This document shows positions 9,123 to 15,500 of a stretch of 24,000 nt of DNA, one piece after another. Location: positions 481,196 to 505,195 of the forward strand of contig NZ_VRYH01000001.1 of assembly GCF_008079445.1 (NCBI RefSeq). The letters are read 5' to 3'. How positions within the stretch are numbered: position 1 is the first letter of the stretch; each line of letters starts with the position of its first letter. A program made the translations under genes and the position numbers. The notes beneath the pieces are model-generated. The model saw only the letters and a program-made list of their open reading frames with translations, was not told the origin of the DNA and made no database searches. Origin of the DNA: Aidingimonas lacisalsi (GTDB lineage Bacteria > Pseudomonadota > Gammaproteobacteria > Pseudomonadales > Halomonadaceae).

Positions 9123-10550
9123 TCAATGCTTTCGGGAGCTCGAGTCCTTCAGCGGGGATAAAGGAAATACCGTCACACCGTTGAGAGTTTTTCGGTGCCA
9201 CTCGATACGATGCTTCTCCAATAATCGGTAAAGAGTGATTCTGGAAATCCCTAGTTCGCGAGCCGTAGGTACGATCTTGTAGTTATGCCGTTGCAATGCT
9301 GCCTCTACAACGGCAATTTCAGCATTATCGCGAGCGGCTTCCAGAGTGGCGGCAATGGGTTTTCCCTCAATCAATCGGCCTTCAAGGCCTAGATCCTCTG
9401 GCTCGATCAGGTGGTGTTCACACATCACCATTGCGCGCCGGATACGATTGATGAGTTCACGGACATTACCCGGCCAATCGTGCTGGGCAATCGCCTCGAG
9501 GGCGTTCTCGCTGAACCCGTGAACGCCAGCAGCTTTCTCTGGGCTAAACTCGCGAAAGAATCCTTGAGCCATGGTTTCCAGGTCTTCCCGCCGTTCGCGC
9601 AGTGGTGGAATATCCAACTGGATGACGTTGAGGCGATGATAGAGATCTTCTCGAAACCGGTGAGCCTTGATCGCGGTGAGCAGGTCAACATGAGTGGCGG
9701 AAATGATGCGTGTATCGACCATGACTTCCTGGACGCTACCAAGGCGCCGTATCCGATGGTCTTCCAGAAAGCGAAGCAGGTTGACTTGCAAGTCGCGTGG
9801 GAGATCACCGATCTCATCCAGAAACAGCGTGCCACCATCGGCACTTTCAAGTCGTCCGATACGGCGACAGTGCGCATCAGTGAATGCGCCTTTCTCATGT
9901 CCAAAAAGCTCAGCTTGAATGAGCTGGGCCGGTAAAGCGCCACAATTGATGGTGATGAAAGGTTTGTCGGCTCTGGCTGACATGGCGTGGATGGTACGAG
10001 CGACCAGTTCTTTGCCCGTACCGGATTCACCGATGATCATCACTGGTGCATGAATGATTGCCACTTTATGGATACTTTGCAGAACTCGTCTCATGCTGGG
10101 AGCAGAGCCGTAAAAGGGGGGGGCGGCATGCTGAAGGTAGTGAAGTACTCGCGTAGATGATGCTGATCTGGCAGTACGTTTCATCGATGCTGCATGGTTA
10201 AGAAGAACACAAAGGGCCTTTCCATTGCCAGGAAGTATATGGTAAGCATAAAAAAGTGTTTTTATTATCAATCTATTATTTTCATTTCTTAGATAATCAT
10301 TGTCTATTAAGGCAATCCATTCTATGCAGCTAGCATCTATCAATTCCTCAATGTCTCTGTATCCTGATTCACACAAAGATCCCATATCGATGATACCAAT
10401 ATCGAAATGATTGGCTATCAATCGGTCCGATGGCATAGTGATACGAGGATAGTGACTGACCTCAAAGAGCTTCAGTGCCGTATCGACAAGGATGAGACGG
10501 TTGGCCTCAATACGATTCCCAACATAAAGTAATCTCTTCAATGCATGCAT
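9123..10550 (-). CDS. Sigma54-type (AAA+/Fis) enhancer-binding regulator with altered GAFTGA loop (GAFTDA) and degenerate receiver-like N-terminus
   Basis: Walker [50 protein letters not shown], Fis-type HTH LGISRITLYRLLEKH. Confidence 0.92.
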   Translation of the reverse strand: MHALKRLLYVGNRIEANRLILVDTALKLFEVSHYPRITMPSDRLIANHFDIGIIDMGSLCESGYRDIEELIDASCIEWIALIDNDYLRNENNRLIIKTLFYAYHILPGNGKALCVLLNHAASMKRTARSASSTRVLHYLQHAAPPFYGSAPSMRRVLQSIHKVAIIHAPVMIIGESGTGKELVARTIHAMSARADKPFITINCGALPAQLIQAELFGHEKGAFTDAHCRRIGRLESADGGTLFLDEIGDLPRDLQVNLLRFLEDHRIRRLGSVQEVMVDTRIISATHVDLLTAIKAHRFREDLYHRLNVIQLDIPPLRERREDLETMAQGFFREFSPEKAAGVHGFSENALEAIAQHDWPGNVRELINRIRRAMVMCEHHLIEPEDLGLEGRLIEGKPIAATLEAARDNAEIAVVEAALQRHNYKIVPTARELGISRITLYRLLEKHRIEWHRKTLNGVTVFPLSPLKDSSSRKH

Positions 10551-10604
10551 GAGCCCCCCTTATGGCATTGAAAAGCTTAACCTTCACAATGAGTGTGATC
10601 AGGT

Positions 10605-10752
10605 CTAGGCATTGTCTGAAAAGTGCCTTCGCTTACCCATACGGCGTTAAAAATCGGCTCAAGATGCCAATTTACAACGTGTAAACTCCGCGCTTTCGCC
10701 GATTTTTTGCCTTGTCTGTCCTTCGCTCGCCGACTTTTCAGACAGCGCCTAG
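10605..10752. repeat. MITE/REP-like palindromic element
   Basis: 20-bp terminal inverted repeats CTAGGCATTGTCTGAAAAGT (10605-10624) and ACTTTTCAGACAGCGCCTAG (10733-10752), 18/20 matched; internal AAAAATCGGC/GCCGATTTTT arms. Confidence 0.6.
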
Positions 10753-11073
10753 TTCTGTGTTTTATGTCGTTTTCCAATTTATGGAAAGCGGTTGGTAATA
10801 TCGGATTTCATTGATGCGATAGTAATACTGGTTACCCAGTCATCTTTTGTAAAGTTTTGTTTTATGGGATTTTAGTATGGTTTATGGACCAACAATTTCA
10901 TTGAATTAAAATGGTAGGGTGTTTTCATTGAAAAAATGACCAAAATTGATGATTTATTATTATTCTGAGCCACTAATTTTCATCAGGAATATGTATATCT
11001 TAATAAAGGAATATACGAAAATACAGAAGGGAAATTGGATATACACAAGAGAGAATTTTGATAACCTGTTGAA

Positions 11074-11086
11074 TATCAAATAGTTA
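11074..11086 (+). promoter_or_regulatory. Candidate IHF binding site upstream of module B
   Basis: TATCAAATAGTTA is an exact match to WATCAANNNNTTR, in an AT-rich region. Confidence 0.3.
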
Positions 11087-11291
11087 CATTACTTTTCGTG
11101 CGATCCCGATCGTTTTTGTATCAAAAATGTTTCACTCTCTTTCCATAAGGCTGCAGACCCTGTCATAGAAGGTTTCTTTTCCTATTGTTTAATTTACATT
11201 CGGCAACAATATGAGCGGATGTCTCATCAGCTATACACTCTCCTTCTCGTTGATTCTATTTAAAATGCATTAAAATCAATAAGATAAAAGT

Positions 11292-11307
11292 TGGCATGGC
11301 AATTGCT
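11292..11307 (+). promoter_or_regulatory. Sigma54 -24/-12 promoter for module B
   Basis: TGGCATG-GCAA-TTGCT matches TGGCACGNNNNTTGCW except one base; 34 bp upstream of the start codon at 11341. Confidence 0.8.
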
Positions 11308-11330
11308 CAGTGTTATGTGACGACACTGAG
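11306..11330. promoter_or_regulatory. Inverted repeat overlapping the -12 box and predicted start region of module B
   Basis: CTCAGTGT-TATGTGACG-ACACTGAG. Confidence 0.5.
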
Positions 11331-11340
11331 GATAGAGATC

Positions 11341-11844
11341 ATGAACGGCTTTACACACTCCACATCGGTTTTACCGCTCAGGCCAATCGCAACGCGCTGC
11401 CAGTATATCGCGACTGCATTGATCCTGGCGTGGGGACCGGCTGTCAGCTGGGCAGGGGAGTTGCAGGGAGATAACGACACCATAGCCGTTGCCTACACCA
11501 CGGTCTCGCATCAGTCATCGTCATATAGCAATAACAACCACCATGGTTTGGCCGATCATGTCGCTTTCGAAAGTGGCAATGACTTCGGGGGTAACGGCGG
11601 AGAAAGCTTGCCCGGCACATTCAGGTCACTGGAGATGAACACAACCATTGATAGTGACACCTTGAGCCAGGTGCGCGGCCGTTACACCCCGTCTTCCGAG
11701 CTCGAAAAAGGCACGGCTGACGGCGTCATTCTTTGGGATGAAGGCCATGTCGGCAAAGGTGGTGGTTCGAGCAAGGGATCCAATCACTCCATGGGTCAGG
11801 GAAATATCCAGAACAACTCCATTACGACCCAGAGTAAAAGGTGA
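11341..11844 (+). CDS. fapA: FapA-like exported accessory protein
   Basis: ATG at 11341 with GAGGA upstream; the track start at 11296 lies inside the sigma54 promoter. Signal-like N-terminus, IDSDTLSQVRGR motif, C-terminal NHSMGQGNIQNNSITTQ. Assignment rests mainly on operon position. Confidence 0.5.
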   Translation: MNGFTHSTSVLPLRPIATRCQYIATALILAWGPAVSWAGELQGDNDTIAVAYTTVSHQSSSYSNNNHHGLADHVAFESGNDFGGNGGESLPGTFRSLEMNTTIDSDTLSQVRGRYTPSSELEKGTADGVILWDEGHVGKGGGSSKGSNHSMGQGNIQNNSITTQSKR

Positions 11845-11849
11845 GCGTC

Positions 11850-12527
11850 ATGGCTGGAAACACAATCTTTGGAAACGAAATATCAAACAAAACTGGCCGT
11901 TTGCGGAGAGTGTTACTGGCAATGTCACCGCTGGTTTTCATGACGTTCGTAATGAATAACGCATCAGGAGATGACGGGGTCTTCAGGCATCTACCGCAGG
12001 CGAATAGCAGTGTCATCAGTGGTGAAGCGTTGAGTGGAGTACGGGGTGTAGTTACCACCAATAGTGCAGCGGGAACCAACAATCTTCAGAGTAATTCGGG
12101 AGCGATTTCCATCGGTGATACCGCTTCCGTGAGTAACCATATCATTCAGCAATCCACACTGGACAAAGGCTCCGTTCCTGGCCGAGACAACGTCTCGATC
12201 GAGGGTCGAGCATTCAGCCATGCCAAAGGCTGGATTTCGACCAATCAGGCGGCGGGGCAAGCGAATGTGCAGGGCAATGCAGTCAGCATGGCTCTGGGCA
12301 TCAGGGGCAGTGCACTGAGCGAGAGCAGTATGGGTCAGGTGCTGTCCGATCAGCAGGGACTGACGGCCGATCTGGTTAGTTCCGATTCCTCGAAGCGTAA
12401 GGTCACGATCGACAAGACAGCCTTCTCGGGGGCGGCAGGAATTATCCAGACGAACCAGTCAGCCGGAAACGGCAATACCACCAGTAACAGCTTCAGTCTC
12501 CGTGTGGGGCCTGGGGGCGGTGAGTAG
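11850..12527 (+). CDS. fapB: FapB-like minor amyloid/nucleator, three imperfect repeats
   Basis: Repeats GVVTTNSAAGTNNLQSN, GWISTNQAAGQANVQGN, GIIQTNQSAGNGNTTSN; ISGEALSGVRGV motif. Overlapping GTG start at 11841 is possible. Confidence 0.68.
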   Translation: MAGNTIFGNEISNKTGRLRRVLLAMSPLVFMTFVMNNASGDDGVFRHLPQANSSVISGEALSGVRGVVTTNSAAGTNNLQSNSGAISIGDTASVSNHIIQQSTLDKGSVPGRDNVSIEGRAFSHAKGWISTNQAAGQANVQGNAVSMALGIRGSALSESSMGQVLSDQQGLTADLVSSDSSKRKVTIDKTAFSGAAGIIQTNQSAGNGNTTSNSFSLRVGPGGGE

Positions 12528-12576
12528 TCTGCCGGAATAAACAACGTTGAACCAAGGTTCATTCAGGAGAAAGATC

Positions 12577-13578
12577 ATGAAAACATTGACGAAAACTCCG
12601 CTGGCACTGGCTATCGCTACCTTGATGATGGCGCCCTATGCGATGGCGGATGGGTATAACGGTGGTTTCGATACCGATAGTGAAATCGACTCTGAGTTCA
12701 GTAATGAAGTCGAAGTCGAAATCGAGCATGAAGCGGAAACCGATAAGAAGATCAAGGTATGGGGCGGCGCCCTGATACTGGATCCCAACTACGCGGGTGC
12801 CACGGTCGATAGCAAGCAATTGTCGGAAGACAATTTCGTGCTCAACGACCTGGTGGAAAACGATGCGCGAGTAGGCGGTGATGCCGGTCGAAATGCCAGC
12901 GGCAATATCGGCATCAACAGTGCGGCCGGCGACAACAACCAACAGGCCAATGATGCGGCCTTGGCGGCATCCGACGCGAATACGGTATTCGCCCAGTCGG
13001 CCGCATTCTCGGTACAGTCCTCTGACGACAACACGGTGGTCAACAAGGGTACCGATAACGATGCCGGCGCAGGTGGCAATGCGCTGCGCGGCGCCACAGG
13101 CAATATCGGTCTCAACAGTGCCGCCGGGGTCGGTAACGCCCAGCAGAACAGCTTGTCGGCGTCCGTCAACACCAGCAATGGATCAGCCGATGCCACATCG
13201 GCCGGCGTGCAATCGACCAGCGATAACACCAGCTTCAATGGACCCGGGGAAATCGAGACCACGGAAACCTCTCAATATAATGGCGTAGCAGCCATTGCGG
13301 GAGCGTCTGCCGAAGCTGGTGCAGGTGCAAGCGTTGGTTATGGACTGAAAGTCGGTGCCGGTGCAGAAGCCAGCGCTGGGGCGCTTGCGGCGGCTGTCTC
13401 CGGTAGTGAGACCGTCACCACCACGGTCTCTCGGATGCAGACCAACGATGCCAAGCTGAACGGTAACGCGCTCCGCGATGCTTCGGGCAATATCGGGGTC
13501 AACGTGGCTGCCGGCAACAACAACATGCAGCGTAACTCGCTCTCCATTGCCGCCGGAACGGGTGGTGGTTCTGAGTGA
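12577..13578 (+). CDS. fapC: FapC-like major functional amyloid subunit, three repeats with variable linkers
   Basis: CAGGAG Shine-Dalgarno, signal MKTLTKTPLALAIATLMMAPYAMA; repeats ASGNIGINSAAGDNNQQAN, ATGNIGLNSAAGVGNAQQNSL, ASGNIGVNVAAGNNNMQRNSL match the GVNxAA signature of Fap amyloids. Confidence 0.8.
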   Translation: MKTLTKTPLALAIATLMMAPYAMADGYNGGFDTDSEIDSEFSNEVEVEIEHEAETDKKIKVWGGALILDPNYAGATVDSKQLSEDNFVLNDLVENDARVGGDAGRNASGNIGINSAAGDNNQQANDAALAASDANTVFAQSAAFSVQSSDDNTVVNKGTDNDAGAGGNALRGATGNIGLNSAAGVGNAQQNSLSASVNTSNGSADATSAGVQSTSDNTSFNGPGEIETTETSQYNGVAAIAGASAEAGAGASVGYGLKVGAGAEASAGALAAAVSGSETVTTTVSRMQTNDAKLNGNALRDASGNIGVNVAAGNNNMQRNSLSIAAGTGGGSE

Positions 13579-13599
13579 CCGCGGCTAGTCGGTGATGTG

Positions 13600-13625
13600 A
13601 ACCGGCCCCGGATGGGGCCGGTTTT
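13600..13625 (+). terminator. Strong hairpin with T-run between fapC-like and fapD-like genes
   Basis: AACCGGCCCC-GGAT-GGGGCCGGTTTT. Confidence 0.7.
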
Positions 13626-13655
13626 CCACTCCAACGAGCCTGTGGGAGAGCACTG

Positions 13656-14372
13656 ATGTTTCCTTCGATAATGACTCGCATGTTGTCTGTTCTGGTTGGC
13701 GCTGGCTGCCTGCTGGCAGCGGGAATATCCGATGTCCAGGCGGCCAACGTGCGTCTGGGCAATGTGGTATCGGGTACCGTGATCAACAAGGATGTGCAGT
13801 CGATGCGCGAGCGGAAGTTCGACACCCTGGTGGAACAGGAAACGGATTTCTCCTGTGGCGCCGCCTCGCTGGCGACTCTGCTTCGTTACGCCTATGGCAA
13901 GCCGGAAGTCACTGAAAATGACGTGCTTGAGGGAATGCTTGAAATCGCCGATCCCGAGGTGGTGATGGAGCGCGGCTTTTCCCTGCTCGACCTCAAGAAT
14001 TATGTCGATAGCCTGGGATATCGTGGCCGCGGTTACGAAGTCGACACCGAGACGCTGGACGAGGTGGCGATTCCCGTTATCGTGCTGCTCGATATCGATG
14101 GCTACAAACATTTCGTGGTGATGAAGAAAGCCAGTGATGACCGGGTCTATGTCGGCGATCCGGCGTTGGGCAATCGGGTCATGGAGCGCGATGCCTTCCT
14201 CGAAGCCTGGAACAACATCATCTTTGCCGTGGTAGGCGAAGGGTTCGATACGCAGACACCTCTACTCGATCCGGATCAACCGCTGACGGCGCGACGGCTG
14301 ACCGATGTGTTTGCCCCGGTTCCCGAACAGGATCTTCTCGATTTCGGATTTCGCCATGCCGACTTCTTCTGA
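13656..14372 (+). CDS. fapD: C39-like cysteine peptidase, FapD-like (module B)
   Basis: QETDFSCGAASLATLLRY, YKHFVVMKK, VYVGDPALGNRV; located between fapC-like and fapE-like genes. Confidence 0.85.
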   Translation: MFPSIMTRMLSVLVGAGCLLAAGISDVQAANVRLGNVVSGTVINKDVQSMRERKFDTLVEQETDFSCGAASLATLLRYAYGKPEVTENDVLEGMLEIADPEVVMERGFSLLDLKNYVDSLGYRGRGYEVDTETLDEVAIPVIVLLDIDGYKHFVVMKKASDDRVYVGDPALGNRVMERDAFLEAWNNIIFAVVGEGFDTQTPLLDPDQPLTARRLTDVFAPVPEQDLLDFGFRHADFF

Positions 14373-14377
14373 GCGAG

Positions 14378-15214
14378 GTGCCTGCGGATAACGACATCAA
14401 CAAGGGCGCATTCAAGGGGGTAAATATGATCAGGCACTGGGTGGATAAGCGTTGGTACGGTGCACTGGGCGTTGTCGTTGTATTAGGGGGCGTTGGACAA
14501 CCGACAGACGGACGGGCCGCGACGACCGATGTATCGGCGTTGGCTGATTCCCGTCAACTCAGCGATGACGAATTGGCCGGTATGCGCGGCCGTTTCATCG
14601 ATGGCAAAAGTGTCATGTTCTTCGGCGTCAGTATGGAGAGTGAATTCCGCACCGCGGGAGGTGATAGTCTGAAAGCGGGCGCCAATCTCCATGCCGATCT
14701 GATCAAAGGCAAAGCCAGTTTCAAACCACATATTACAGCCACGTCTATCGATAGCGATAAGGTGACAGCGAAAGGAAATAATAATGCGAATTTGAGCTAT
14801 AACGACCTCGGCAGTGGCAATGCGCGTGGCGTCGTGCAAACCATACAGGCGGCCGGTGATGGCAACGCTGCTGCCAACGAATTCGAACTCGATATCCAGA
14901 CATTTGCGAATGCGGCGCGTGGCGGACGAGTTTCCGGCAATGGTGAAACGTCTCTGAATACCGGTACAGCCAATCTGAGAGTTCGACAGAATGGACGCGG
15001 TATGGAAGTCGGTATCGACGTGCCAGGCCAGGGCCGTATCAAGCAGCAGCTCCGATCGGGGCAGGGGTTGCATCAGTCGGTGCAACTCAACAGCGATTTG
15101 CAGCAGGTGCGAAACGTGACACGGTTACAAGTCGGGGTGAAGCAGGCACTGGGTAACGCGTCAGGCTCCCAGCTCAAGCGTGCACTGGATTCGGCACGCG
15201 GCCTACGACGTTGA
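14378..15214 (+). CDS. fapE: FapE-like exported protein
   Basis: Hydrophobic signal-like segment, LSDDELAGMRGR motif, single repeat-like GVVQTIQAAGDGNAAANEFEL; position between fapD- and fapF-like genes. Start could be the ATG at 14405 (MIRHWVDK...). Confidence 0.62.
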   Translation: MPADNDINKGAFKGVNMIRHWVDKRWYGALGVVVVLGGVGQPTDGRAATTDVSALADSRQLSDDELAGMRGRFIDGKSVMFFGVSMESEFRTAGGDSLKAGANLHADLIKGKASFKPHITATSIDSDKVTAKGNNNANLSYNDLGSGNARGVVQTIQAAGDGNAAANEFELDIQTFANAARGGRVSGNGETSLNTGTANLRVRQNGRGMEVGIDVPGQGRIKQQLRSGQGLHQSVQLNSDLQQVRNVTRLQVGVKQALGNASGSQLKRALDSARGLRR

Positions 15215-15258
15215 CCGGACCGACATCGGTTTCGCAATCAGGTTGCTATTTTTTTATG

Positions 15259-15297
15259 GTGGCTGTCTCCGTAAGTTACGTGAGACGGCCACTTTTT
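15259..15297 (+). terminator. Rho-independent terminator after the fapE-like gene
   Basis: GTGGCTGTCTC CGTAA-G-TTACG T GAGACGGCCAC followed by TTTTT. Confidence 0.8.
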
Positions 15298-15500
15298 CTG
15301 CATTGTTGATGTTCCGTGATATTGACGTCAACGCGCCGACATTTCTGTCGACTACACTGCCTAGTGCATCAGACGTTCATGAACAACAAAACGGTAATGC
15401 AGTGATCGGGAAAGTGTCGGAATTCTGCTCGACAGGATTCAGTCTCAGCCCATCGAATACCATCAACAACCCAGGGAATCGATAGTCAGGGGAGTGGATA

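Noticed and set aside
9411-10030. ORFs on the opposite strand or in other frames of the regulator genes (9411-9935, 9425-10030, 16655-17098 and similar)
   Set aside because: They lie fully inside strongly supported AAA+/Fis regulator genes and show only shadow-frame sequence.
10577-10814. Small ORFs 10577-10777 (minus) and 10623-10814 (plus)
   Set aside because: They overlap the palindromic repeat element and have no recognisable protein features.
11296-11340. Use of the 11296 start for the FapA-like ORF
   Set aside because: The codons fall within the sigma54 -24/-12 promoter; the ATG at 11341 has a GAGGA site and begins a signal-like sequence.
12559-13262. Minus-strand ORFs 12559-12942 and 12789-13262 opposite the FapC-like gene
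   Set aside because: They overlap a well-supported repeat protein with signal peptide and Shine-Dalgarno; composition reflects the complement of Ala/Gly/Asp codons.
6158-14593. Bacteriocin/RiPP export cluster explanation for double-glycine-like motifs and C39 peptidases
   Set aside because: The C39 proteins lack fused ABC transporter domains, carry their own Sec signals, the substrates are large Sec-exported proteins, and the partners are FapF-like barrels with amyloid repeats.
15355-15366. CACTGCCTAGTG as a further copy of the shared inverted repeat before the fapF-like gene
   Set aside because: Arms and spacing differ from TCAGTG-N9/11-CACTGA; a 4-bp-arm match is too weak.
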